Shown: positions 8,559-17,536 of the stretch, in pieces
Layout of the letters: every line of letters begins with the position of its first letter
Numbering within the stretch: the stretch's first letter is position 1
NCBI GenBank assembly: GCA_964513415.1
Contig: CAZEMX010000004.1
Span: forward strand, 1 to 50,054
DNA from: an uncultured Nitrososphaerota archaeon
Lineage (GTDB): Archaea > Thermoproteota > Methanomethylicia > Methanomethylicales > Methanomethylicaceae
Reading direction: 5' to 3'
Length of the DNA stretch: 50,054 nucleotides
Program-made: the position numbers and the translations under genes
The notes under the pieces: model-generated
The model's database searches: none
Seen by the model: only the letters and a program-made list of their open reading frames with translations
Told to the model about the DNA's origin: nothing

Positions 8559-10472
8559 TCAGAGGAACGTGAAGGAGACTATGCATATGGCCAGGCAGAT
8601 CGCGGCGTGGTGGGTCGCATATACGCTCATGTCGACGATCTTGGCGATGAGCAGGCCGACAACGAACGCGGTGAGGACGACCACGAACGATCCGGTAGAT
8701 GCGATCATGGAGAGCGTTGCGGCGTTAGGGAGTATCGAGATCGGCAACAGTCCTCCCGGAAGGTTTCCCAGCGACGGGAAGAGCATGTTGCTCATGAACA
8801 TGATGACGCCCGAGAGGAATGCAGGGGTCGCGTAGCCCAAGAAAGAGTAGACCCTAGTTGTGCTCTTCGTCTTCTGCTTCTCAATGACGACCCCGTTGAC
8901 GAAGTGGGTGAGGCTCTCCAGCACCTGGGGTGTGCCGCCGCCAGTGTCGACTATCTCGCTCAGTATGAAGAAGGTGTACCTGCAGAGCCAGCTCCTGACC
9001 ATCATCGTCTCCGAGACCCGCCTAAGGGGCATGTTCATCTCTAGGTGCTCGGCGACACGTTTGAGGAGCCTATCGAAAGTCCTGTTGTATTGCCTCTGCT
9101 TTGGGAGGTTTATGAGGGTCTGGTTGATGTCGTATCCTATCTTCATCATCTCAGTGATGTCCCTTAGAAAGAAGGGCAGCGCCTTCTCGACCCTGCCGAT
9201 GTCGCTCTGCTCCCGAATGTACTCTGTCCCAACAATTATCGTGAAGACCAAGAGCATCGAGGTTAGCCAGTATGTCATAGACGGGATGAACAAGTATGTC
9301 GCGGCGCCGAATGCGGCGGAGGCGCCTAACGCGATGAGCACCGCCCGGTTCATGTTATAGAGGTCATAGAACCGCGGCTGCGATATGTGGACGCCCATGA
9401 CCAGAACGACCCCCATCAGAGGCAGGATCATGTACCCATAGATCTGCATCATCGCAAGGCTCATATTGCTCGAGAATGCGATCGACATCGCAATGAGCAG
9501 CGATGGGAACATGAGAAAGACGGATATGGAGATCTCACCGAGCGTGCTTGCCGACTCGGCGTACCGCCTCCAGCGCCCTATTACGGATTCAAGGCCGTCA
9601 GCGACCTTCGAGTTGAGGTATACGACCATGTCTCCGCCGCTCCTGAGGACGGACGTGTAACCCAAGAAGATCGTCTTTATGTTCTCGTCAGGGTGGTCAC
9701 GTGCTATATTCTCGATGGCGAGCAACGGGTTGTGGGAGAAGAAGAGGTAGTCCCTCTTCACGATGAGCGCCTCCCTCTTTATCTTCGGAAGGATCCGCCA
9801 CTCTGCGAGCCTATCGAGAGCGGTGTAGAGCGAGAGGCCCGCCGCCTGGAGCGCCGCGGCGTACACCATGAAGAATGGGAACTCGTTGGCGGTATCGCTC
9901 TTCCTGTTCGATATCTTCACCTTCACCTCCATAAGAGGGATGAGCACAATGATCATCGGTGCGAAGACAAGGATCAGCGCAAGCGGATTCCGTAGGAGGG
10001 CGAGGAGCACCAAACCAGCGGGCATGACCGCTGCCAGAATGATCAGGAAGACGGTGCTGTAGAACTTGGAATAGACGGTCGGGTGCAGGTATATCATTGC
10101 CTTCGGAATCTCATCCTTTATGCTATTCGCCATGAAGTTCGAGATGTACTTGATGAGAGCGTGATCGCCCATGAATGAGGAGACTGTAGAGGCGTACTTA
10201 CGCTCCCGCTTCTTGGCAATCTCCTCTTTGCGTTCTTCGTTGCTCTCGCCGGCGGCCTGCACTGGATAGTATCGCTTAGAGAGGGAGAAGTAGAGGCCCC
10301 CCTTCAGCACAATGATCGTGGTGAGGGAGATGGCGATCATCAGAACGACGATCGTTGCCACAATTATCGTCGTTGGGGTGTCAAGCAACAGCTCGGCGAT
10401 CAATGTGCCGAATGATACGACTGTGGCGATGGCGCCGAGGATCGTCTGAACGGTAAGCCTTGGTTTGGCCAT
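8559..10472 (-). CDS. Archaeal type IV pilus / archaellum platform membrane protein (FlaJ/PilC/TadC-like)
   Basis: 637-aa polytopic membrane protein. Its ATG at 10472 directly abuts the stop of the upstream secretion ATPase. Size and alternating cytoplasmic/TM organisation are typical of FlaJ/TadC family proteins. Confidence 0.8.
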   Translation of the reverse strand: MAKPRLTVQTILGAIATVVSFGTLIAELLLDTPTTIIVATIVVLMIAISLTTIIVLKGGLYFSLSKRYYPVQAAGESNEERKEEIAKKRERKYASTVSSFMGDHALIKYISNFMANSIKDEIPKAMIYLHPTVYSKFYSTVFLIILAAVMPAGLVLLALLRNPLALILVFAPMIIVLIPLMEVKVKISNRKSDTANEFPFFMVYAAALQAAGLSLYTALDRLAEWRILPKIKREALIVKRDYLFFSHNPLLAIENIARDHPDENIKTIFLGYTSVLRSGGDMVVYLNSKVADGLESVIGRWRRYAESASTLGEISISVFLMFPSLLIAMSIAFSSNMSLAMMQIYGYMILPLMGVVLVMGVHISQPRFYDLYNMNRAVLIALGASAAFGAATYLFIPSMTYWLTSMLLVFTIIVGTEYIREQSDIGRVEKALPFFLRDITEMMKIGYDINQTLINLPKQRQYNRTFDRLLKRVAEHLEMNMPLRRVSETMMVRSWLCRYTFFILSEIVDTGGGTPQVLESLTHFVNGVVIEKQKTKSTTRVYSFLGYATPAFLSGVIMFMSNMLFPSLGNLPGGLLPISILPNAATLSMIASTGSFVVVLTAFVVGLLIAKIVDMSVYATHHAAICLAICIVSFTFL

Positions 10473-12056
10473 CTAAGGCACCTTTCTGGAATAATACCTC
10501 TTTATCTCGTTCGAGACGGCCTCGTACTCCAATATGCCGTTCCTTACCATGGCATCCACGAAGTCCCTTCTGCGACCAAGCTCGGCAGTCAGCTCATCCT
10601 GTGTGATTCCGAGCCTAGCCCTCAGCGTCTCCAGCTTCCTGCTCCTCCTGACGACCTCTGCCGGCTCCAGAGGGTAGTGCTTGTCGTCGTTAACGTTCCA
10701 CTCAAATATCCTGTTGCTAGCGACAGACTGGGGACCGGTGACTTCGGTTATCTCGTTGGTCTCCACGACCCGCCGCATTGGCTTCCTGCCGGGTAGCTTC
10801 AGCATCCGGCTGATGATGACGCTGCTGATGAGGGGGAGGAAGGAGGGGGAGGCATTGATCGGGGCAGTCGTGAGGCGCATGACCATGGACTCCACGGAGT
10901 CGCCGTGGAATGTGCAGCCGCCCCCGTGGCCGGTCGCCAGCGCCTGTATGAAGACGTACGCCTCCTCGCCGCGTATCTCGCCCACGATTATGAACTGCGC
11001 ACGCTCCCTGAGTGAGAGCTTGACAAGGTCGTACAGCCGGATCTCGGTCTTCGACTCCGCGATCGAGTAGGTGTGGCGGGCAACCAGCGGCTTCCACCCC
11101 ATATGGGGCAGCCTGAGTTCGGGAGTGTCCTCGATAGTGACCACCTTCCAGTGGGGCGGCAGCAGCGACGCCAGCGCATTCAGGAGGGTGGTCTTGCCGC
11201 TGGCCATCTCGCCTACTACGAATGCCGAGCCGCGGTTCTCCAGTATGAGCCACCAGTATGCAGCCATGAGTGAGGATATGCTGCCGAACTTGACCAGGTG
11301 GCAGAGGGTTAGCGGATCTGCCCTGAACTTCCTTATGGTCAGGCTAGATCCGAATGGGGATACCTCATTTGCGAACGTCAGGGCGCACCGGTGGCGCTCA
11401 GGAAGGGACCCCTCTGAGATGGGGAAGGCGGTCGATATGTGCCGCTTCGACTTGTGAGCCAGCAGCATAATGCCCGATTCCAGCATCCGCTCGTCGTTGA
11501 AGGCGATGTTGGTGGTCAGCCAGTCGAAGTGTGAATAATCCCTGTGGAAGACCCAGACGGGGCGCCCTACGCCTGCCATCGACAGGTCCTCTATGCGCCC
11601 ATCATTGATGAGGGGGTCGAATATGCCATAGCCCAAGACATCGCGCATCACGTAGTACCTTATCTTGTTGAGCTGCTCCGGGGCGAGGGTAAGCTTCAGC
11701 TCGGATACAGCGTGGTTCAGACGCTCATCGATGATCTTCATCGGATCCTTCTCTTCGCTAGGCGGGATAGTGTAGTAGATCGCGTTCATCAGTATGTTGT
11801 ACAGTTCAAGGTCTGATTCGTCCATCGGGGGCTCGGTTATCCAGTAGTAGCCGTCGCCGCCATGCTCGCATATGCTGACCTTGGCGGCGCCCACAGAGTA
11901 CTCTTCAAGGAGAGAGGCCTCCGGCGAGAGTGGCGGCACATTGGAGCCGGCGATGTGTAATGAGAACGTCTTCCCCAGGTATTTCTTGTCAATGCCCTTC
12001 CTGTCTGAGGTTTTGTTGCTGGTCTTGCTTTTGCCAAACCTAAACTTTAGCGCCAT
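10473..12056 (-). CDS. Type II/IV secretion family ATPase (FlaI/PilB-like)
   Basis: Walker A GEMASGKTT, Asp box VVTIEDTPEL, Walker B FIIVGEIRGEEA, His box GGGCTFHGDS. Confidence 0.9.
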   Translation of the reverse strand: MALKFRFGKSKTSNKTSDRKGIDKKYLGKTFSLHIAGSNVPPLSPEASLLEEYSVGAAKVSICEHGGDGYYWITEPPMDESDLELYNILMNAIYYTIPPSEEKDPMKIIDERLNHAVSELKLTLAPEQLNKIRYYVMRDVLGYGIFDPLINDGRIEDLSMAGVGRPVWVFHRDYSHFDWLTTNIAFNDERMLESGIMLLAHKSKRHISTAFPISEGSLPERHRCALTFANEVSPFGSSLTIRKFRADPLTLCHLVKFGSISSLMAAYWWLILENRGSAFVVGEMASGKTTLLNALASLLPPHWKVVTIEDTPELRLPHMGWKPLVARHTYSIAESKTEIRLYDLVKLSLRERAQFIIVGEIRGEEAYVFIQALATGHGGGCTFHGDSVESMVMRLTTAPINASPSFLPLISSVIISRMLKLPGRKPMRRVVETNEITEVTGPQSVASNRIFEWNVNDDKHYPLEPAEVVRRSRKLETLRARLGITQDELTAELGRRRDFVDAMVRNGILEYEAVSNEIKRYYSRKVP

Positions 12057-12068
12057 ATAGCAATCATC

Positions 12069-12575
12069 TCAATGGTATGGGTTAGGAGGGTAAATCTCGA
12101 GCCCCTGAATCACAATTATGAATACGTTCCCGCGCGACGAGACGAAGGCGATCGTGCAGTTTGTCGTTGGAGTTACTATCATTCCAGGGATGCGGTAATT
12201 GACCTGAGCCATGCCGGGATTCAGAGTGATAGGCAACGCGGCCATGCTGGTAACGTCGATCGAGCCGGCCTCAGATTTGTTGTGGACGAGGATGTTGTTC
12301 AGCGTGATGGTCTCGCTGCCGATGTTGGTTATGTTAAGCTTGAGTTGCCCATCGATGTCCGATGCGTGGGTGAAGAGTATGGCCTCCTGCGATCGCGCCC
12401 GCTCGACTGTGCTAAGGTAATCTGCGCTTCGAATATACCCGCCATACTCTATCGAGACGACTGCGATGATCGAGGTCAGCGCAACTATTGCGAATACAAA
12501 GAGGATGGCGCCGAGCACGTTTGTTATGCCCCTCCTTTGGAGCCTCTTCTTGGATGGGGAGCGGAGATATGTCAT
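12069..12575 (-). CDS. Archaeal type IV pilin-like protein (class III signal peptide)
   Basis: MTYLRSPSKKRLQRRG/ITNVLGAILFVFAIVALTSIIAVV has a basic stretch, Gly, then a hydrophobic helix, which is typical of a prepilin peptidase substrate. Start trimmed to the ATG at 12575, 4 nt after the upstream stop. Confidence 0.7.
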   Translation of the reverse strand: MTYLRSPSKKRLQRRGITNVLGAILFVFAIVALTSIIAVVSIEYGGYIRSADYLSTVERARSQEAILFTHASDIDGQLKLNITNIGSETITLNNILVHNKSEAGSIDVTSMAALPITLNPGMAQVNYRIPGMIVTPTTNCTIAFVSSRGNVFIIVIQGLEIYPPNPYH

Positions 12576-12579
12576 GGCA

Positions 12580-13014
12580 TCACAGCCTGAACTGCGTTGA
12601 TACAACGTTGTTCCTCTCAGTTATGATGGAGATGACGTGGACGGTATTGACGGATACAGTCTGATTGAGCCTCAGCACTGCCATCTCGCCTGTACGCACC
12701 ATTGAAGGGGTATATTCGAGAGTGGATGTGTCTATGACTACCTTGACGATGGTCGCATTCCTTGCGCCATAATTGTAGACTGAGATGTAGAGGCGGGCAT
12801 CATCCAACTGAGTATCATTCTGGAAGATGTAGATGATCGAGAGCCGCTCATAGTTCTGCTCGGCGCCCATGCGGAATATGCCTGTCAGGAGGCCGGTCTC
12901 TCCCGCAAAGTAGGTGTTGAATGCCTGCACGTAGATTGCCATCGCTGCGAGGGTTATGGCGACCAGTGCAAGCGTCGCCACTACCTCGGACACTCCCCGC
13001 TGCCCCCGCCGCAT
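12580..13014 (-). CDS. Archaeal type IV pilin-like protein (class III signal peptide)
   Basis: MRRGQRG/VSEVVATLALVAITLAAMAIYV, a Pilin_N (DUF1628)-type N-terminus. Confidence 0.75.
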   Translation of the reverse strand: MRRGQRGVSEVVATLALVAITLAAMAIYVQAFNTYFAGETGLLTGIFRMGAEQNYERLSIIYIFQNDTQLDDARLYISVYNYGARNATIVKVVIDTSTLEYTPSMVRTGEMAVLRLNQTVSVNTVHVISIITERNNVVSTQFRL

Positions 13015-13019
13015 CTACA

Positions 13020-14741
13020 TCATCTCATCATGGTATAGAGCGCCACCATGAGAGCGTACGATGCGCTCTCGTAGTCGCTCACCTGAGAGCCGTCGCTGTG
13101 GCCTTGGGTATAGATTGGTGCGCCCCAATGGACGTAGTAGCCCGCGCCCAGATAGAAGCTCATCGCGCCGGTCTGGCTTACGCCGCTTGGATTGATATAG
13201 AATGTGAACTTCGTTTCGAGGGGATCTGAAGCGGGAAGAATTATGCCATAGTCGAACCAGAGGTTGTCAGGGAGTGCGTCGTTGCCTGTAACGCTGAGGA
13301 AATGATTCAGGCTCACTCCATCGTCCTCTGTGAGCAGGTTCTCATCAAGCGATTCGATCCCCCGGCCATGTGCCTTTATGCGGCTGACGTCGAAGAACCA
13401 CTCAGCACCGTCGTTGCCTATGTCTACGCTGACGGTTCCATTGGTTACTGATGAGAACGGATATCCGCCGAGGTGTAGCCAAGTCCAGCTGTACGTACTG
13501 ACCATCTCGCTGAGCAATCGTATGTAAGCCTCAGCCGAAGCCTTATCCTGAACTGCCCATGCCGGAGCAGGCACTGCGCCTCCAAAGGGATTCACGATTA
13601 TGGCTCCAAGGGGCGGGTTCGCGAGTACCGATTCCCACTGTGCCATCGTCGTGATCAGGGTAACCGGGCAACCAAGATGGTCGGCGGTGTCGAGGACCCC
13701 CTGCATGGACTGGATTGGGTTTATTGACGTGTCAACTACGTACTCGTCCCCCTCGACCACTGTGCCCCCGATCACGTCCAAGAACATGCCCCAGTTTCCA
13801 TTGGGACCGTCCCACGCCAGAGTTATGCTTCCTGTCAAGGTGAAGTCGCCGGACATGTCAGCCCCCCTTAACCAGAGAGCATCGTAGTTGGTCGTGTTGA
13901 TTTCTACGTCCAAGGCCTCGCCATTGAACACGAGATCGTCTACGGCAATTGACATCGTGCCTTTGCCAGTGACCATCCCCCTGATGAACAGGTCGGTAGA
14001 GCCGGCATCCGGAGTGGTGGTTATGGTCTCGTTGCCAACGGTGTAGCAAAGCAGGTTCTGCGAAGAGTCGTATGTTAGGTTAAAACTGACAGGGACGCCG
14101 CTCTGCCATGGGTATGATGTGGAATTAATATTGTCGCCGCGTCTGTTGGACAAGTCTATCGAACTGTCCGATTTGGACTTCGTGGAGCCGGCAAACCAGA
14201 GCTCGTCGACTATCGCATTAAAGTTGGTATCACTCTCTATATGCACCGGCACGATTGAACTTGGCATCCCCTCAGTAAAGTTGCCGGTTATGCCATTGAT
14301 GGCCAAGAGAAAGACCTTGCCTGATGAGACCTCGACCCCAGTGCACTCAACGGTGTATGCCATGTCGATGTCCCCCTCAATCTTAATGATATAAGTTTTG
14401 CCAACGAAGAAGTCGCTGCCGCATGAGCCAGATTCGGTGGCAGTGATCTCGCCCCTTGCAGGGAGCCGGACGTCACGCATCCGCCATGCTACGATGCCGT
14501 CCTCCCCAATGATGGATATCTGGAAGGTGAGGTCGGACTGTACGTTGCTGACCATACGTAGGCTGAAGTATGCATATCCATAGTGCTTTGAGAGCAGAAT
14601 GTCAGTAACCACAACGTCCTGCGGGGCAGGATTGGCCACTACCTTTGTCATCTCGGCATAGTAGACTCCTGAGGCGGCAATGGACAGTGCTGCCATCAGC
14701 AGCACGGCGATAATGGGTATTATTCCCCTCTTTGAGGTCAT
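13020..14741 (-). CDS. Large (573 aa) pilin-like protein with class III signal peptide; candidate pilus-associated adhesin
   Basis: MTSKRG/IIPIIAVLLMAALSIAASGVYY N-terminus. The ATG at 14741 overlaps the upstream stop as ATGA. A long extracellular portion follows with many N-x-S/T sequons (NFT, NST, NLT, NET, NTT, NGT). Confidence 0.7.
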   Translation of the reverse strand: MTSKRGIIPIIAVLLMAALSIAASGVYYAEMTKVVANPAPQDVVVTDILLSKHYGYAYFSLRMVSNVQSDLTFQISIIGEDGIVAWRMRDVRLPARGEITATESGSCGSDFFVGKTYIIKIEGDIDMAYTVECTGVEVSSGKVFLLAINGITGNFTEGMPSSIVPVHIESDTNFNAIVDELWFAGSTKSKSDSSIDLSNRRGDNINSTSYPWQSGVPVSFNLTYDSSQNLLCYTVGNETITTTPDAGSTDLFIRGMVTGKGTMSIAVDDLVFNGEALDVEINTTNYDALWLRGADMSGDFTLTGSITLAWDGPNGNWGMFLDVIGGTVVEGDEYVVDTSINPIQSMQGVLDTADHLGCPVTLITTMAQWESVLANPPLGAIIVNPFGGAVPAPAWAVQDKASAEAYIRLLSEMVSTYSWTWLHLGGYPFSSVTNGTVSVDIGNDGAEWFFDVSRIKAHGRGIESLDENLLTEDDGVSLNHFLSVTGNDALPDNLWFDYGIILPASDPLETKFTFYINPSGVSQTGAMSFYLGAGYYVHWGAPIYTQGHSDGSQVSDYESASYALMVALYTMMR

Positions 14742-15175
14742 CTTCCGTTGCAAAATATGGTCACCTCATTAAGCAAGCCGCGTTGTGCGTCATAGACACG
14801 GATCTTGTAGCTCATGCCAACCATGAATGACGAGCCGTCAGTCTTGCTCTCGAAGATGAAGGCGGCATGCTCGCCAGGCACAAGGAGCCTGGATTCGCCC
14901 TGACAGCGATATTCGTTGGATGCCTCATCAGTGATGACGCAGTACGCGTTAAGGTCGCCACTGCCTATGTTCTTCACGTTCGCAGTCATCAGCACATAAT
15001 CTCCTTGTTTAAGCAGGCTGGCCTGCGATATCGATGCCGCGTAGGTTGGCTTGTTTAGGGTCGCAGATACGATAGGGTACATCACGGCCACCACTGCCAG
15101 CACGATGACACACAGCATCATCGTGGCGATGATTGGGGAGACGCCACGGCGTGACCTACTATAATGTACCCTCAT
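14738..15175 (-). CDS. Archaeal type IV pilin-like protein (class III signal peptide), first gene of the pilus operon
   Basis: MRVHYSRSRRG/VSPIIATMMLCVIVLAVVAVMY. Start trimmed to the ATG at 15175, which lies about 40 nt downstream of the CTTATAAG TATA-like box at 15211-15218. Confidence 0.75.
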   Translation of the reverse strand: MRVHYSRSRRGVSPIIATMMLCVIVLAVVAVMYPIVSATLNKPTYAASISQASLLKQGDYVLMTANVKNIGSGDLNAYCVITDEASNEYRCQGESRLLVPGEHAAFIFESKTDGSSFMVGMSYKIRVYDAQRGLLNEVTIFCNGR

Positions 15176-15210
15176 TGCCCATAACCCCACAGAGATACTT
15201 CGCCAAATCA

Positions 15211-15266
15211 CTTATAAGAATTGTTATTTCTGTTCTTCAGAAATACAGTTGTGCAAAAATACAGTT
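15211..15266 (-). promoter_or_regulatory. Putative pilus-operon promoter: TATA-like box plus two upstream direct repeats
   Basis: CTTATAAG at 15211-15218. AAATACAGTT occurs at 15241-15250 and 15257-15266 (16-nt period), each followed by RYGCA. The second repeat overlaps the radical-SAM stop codon. Confidence 0.4.
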
Positions 15267-16056
15267 ACGCAAAGGCATGGCAACACTTTACGCCGCCACC
15301 CCTGCACTCCGACTCGAATGTATCATAGAATGCATTAAAGTTGAATTTTGCTATGCGCTCCATTTCACCTTCTGTAAATACAGTAAGCATACGCCTGCGC
15401 AGCATCGGCCTGACATTCAGACCGTCGTAGAGGACCCTGCTCCCTGTCTCGCCTGCAAGCCTCACAATAAATTCGATATCCGCGGGCAGGTCGTTCGAAC
15501 CGGGGATTATGGGGCCGTAGAAGATCCATGTTTTGACGCCCATTGAACTCAGCTCCTTCAGCGCCCTTGCACGATCTGTGATTGGTGACGCGCCAGGCTC
15601 AAACCTTGCCCTGAATGATTCGCTGCTCGAGGTGATAGTGATGCCGACCTCAACGTCTCCCCGGCGTATTATGTCGGCGTCCCTTGCCACCAGCGCGGAT
15701 TTGGTCTGTACTGAGACGGGGAACGACATTGCTGAAAGGAGGGATATCGCCCGCCTGGTGATCCTGAGGGCGCCTTCCAACGGCTGGTACGGGTCGGTCG
15801 CAGTGCTGACGCCTACGACGCCGGGTGTCAGGTGCCTCAGCTCCTCCTTCAGCTTGCGAAGAACCTCTTCCTTTACTGCGGCAGACCTGCCCCAAGTTGA
15901 CGATAGTGCAGAGTTGCGCATTATGTCCGGCACATAGCAGTAGAGGCAGCCGTGCGTGCAGCCGCGGTATGGATTGAAGGTGTATTCCAGCCCAGGGAGC
16001 CTGCTCTTGGAGACTGCGCACTTGCAAGGAACCGTCGAAACCGCCCACTTCATCAT
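15265..16056 (-). CDS. Radical SAM protein, SplB / 'DNA repair photolyase' (COG1533)-like
   Basis: CTHGCLYCY is a CxxxCxxC cluster motif near the N-terminus (MMKWAVSTVPCKCAVSKSRLPGLEYTFNPYRGCTHGCLYCYVP). Start trimmed to the ATG at 16056, which overlaps the nre stop as ATGATGA. Confidence 0.75.
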   Translation of the reverse strand: MMKWAVSTVPCKCAVSKSRLPGLEYTFNPYRGCTHGCLYCYVPDIMRNSALSSTWGRSAAVKEEVLRKLKEELRHLTPGVVGVSTATDPYQPLEGALRITRRAISLLSAMSFPVSVQTKSALVARDADIIRRGDVEVGITITSSSESFRARFEPGASPITDRARALKELSSMGVKTWIFYGPIIPGSNDLPADIEFIVRLAGETGSRVLYDGLNVRPMLRRRMLTVFTEGEMERIAKFNFNAFYDTFESECRGGGVKCCHAFA

Positions 16057-17357
16057 AGCTCCGACCTCCTGAAGTAATCGGTGATCCGCCTCTGCAGCAC
16101 CGAGTCCCTCAGCAGCTCGCTCTTCTCCAGCCAGGTCTTTAGCGGGACCCTCAGGTCGCCCTTTAGGTGCTGGAGGCACGACCGTAGATCGTCGAACTCC
16201 GCAGGCTTCTTGCTCAACATGCTCCTGACATTCTCCCTGACGAACCAGACGCCAAGGGGCAGCGGAAACTCAGGCAGTATCTCTCTGATGACCAAGGCGG
16301 TAGCCTGCCGCCTAATCTTCTTCAGGTACTCAGCCACGCCCAGGCGTGTCGAGAAGTAGCATCCGCCTATGCCGGGATATGTCCTCCGCCCATACCACCC
16401 TTCGCTGTCGCCCATAACGGCGGCATTGCCCCCATCTTGGTTCCAGAAAGTGCCCGGGAACCAGGCCTCCATCCACTCGTATGACCATGACCGCGGCATC
16501 AGGATTGCGGCGAATGTGTTGTGCTGGTATTTGTGCATGAACACCTGATACCGGTCAATCGTCTCGTGCTCCTTGACCTCGCCGATTAGCCGCTGCGAGA
16601 GCGTGCTGTCGACGGCAGTGATGCTCCAACGGGTTGGGACCATCCTGCGGTTCTTCTGTATGCCGAATATGCCCATGCTGAAGGCCCTTTGGAGGCGGGA
16701 GACTTGAGTACCGGAGCCATACAGGCCGAAGATGGCGTCTCCTGCCTTCAGGTCACGGTCATAGTAGGCCTTCTCAATCCTGTGGTCGACCTTCACCGAG
16801 GCGATGTCGAACTTCCTGAATGGTGCGGAGGGACCGAAGGGCTGCGAGTGGTCATCAAGCGTTATCCGCTCGGCAGGCCGCTTTGTGAACTCGATCTCCG
16901 TCTCGGCCGCAGTTATGCCCATGGACAGCTCCTGAAGGGCGTCAACGATCCGGTTGCCCCTCCTGACAGCGTCGATGGGCATCTTTGTGCTCCCCCTCAC
17001 CAATGAGTAGCGGTAGCCCAGTATGCGATCTACCGTTAGCCCCATCCATTCCTCGGGCATATCCATCACCTCGGTGGCTCCGGAGACCGGAGGGACCATA
17101 GGGCCGACGGAGACGAACGGGTAGCCGTACTTCCCTACGAAGACGGATGGGGGAGATGAGCCGATTATCTCGCGGCCGTAATCCATCTTGATGCTCTTCA
17201 TGTAGGCGTTCGCCTTAAGCTGGATTGGGCAGACCGCCTTCCCGCAGAGGTTCCGCCCACCCCTGCAGAGGATGCAGAGGTTGGCATTCCGAGTGCTGAC
17301 GCTGACCTTTGACTGGGGCGTTCCGCCCTGAAGCATCGAGGCATACCACTTGCTCAT
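16053..17357 (-). CDS. nre: Nre-family (DUF650/DUF651) archaeal DNA-repair factor with C-terminal PIP box
   Basis: N-terminal Cys cluster CILCRGGRNLCGKAVCP followed by SPPSVFVGKYGYPFVSVGP, as I recall for Nre proteins. C-terminal QRRITDYF (16071..16094) fits the PCNA-interaction consensus Qxx[ILM]xx[FY][FY]. Confidence 0.7.
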   Translation of the reverse strand: MSKWYASMLQGGTPQSKVSVSTRNANLCILCRGGRNLCGKAVCPIQLKANAYMKSIKMDYGREIIGSSPPSVFVGKYGYPFVSVGPMVPPVSGATEVMDMPEEWMGLTVDRILGYRYSLVRGSTKMPIDAVRRGNRIVDALQELSMGITAAETEIEFTKRPAERITLDDHSQPFGPSAPFRKFDIASVKVDHRIEKAYYDRDLKAGDAIFGLYGSGTQVSRLQRAFSMGIFGIQKNRRMVPTRWSITAVDSTLSQRLIGEVKEHETIDRYQVFMHKYQHNTFAAILMPRSWSYEWMEAWFPGTFWNQDGGNAAVMGDSEGWYGRRTYPGIGGCYFSTRLGVAEYLKKIRRQATALVIREILPEFPLPLGVWFVRENVRSMLSKKPAEFDDLRSCLQHLKGDLRVPLKTWLEKSELLRDSVLQRRITDYFRRSEL

Positions 17358-17536
17358 CGCCAGGCACTGCTAATACACGAGGCAAGGCTGAATAAAAGCA
17401 AAGCTGTCCCATGGTTTAGGGCAATACTGCGCCATGCCGCTCATCACAGACTAGGGGGATAGGCATCAGGAACGGATAAAGAGGCAGACAGCCATGTTGA
17501 GAGCAGGAGTTGACTGCGGTGATGGGAACGCCGGAG

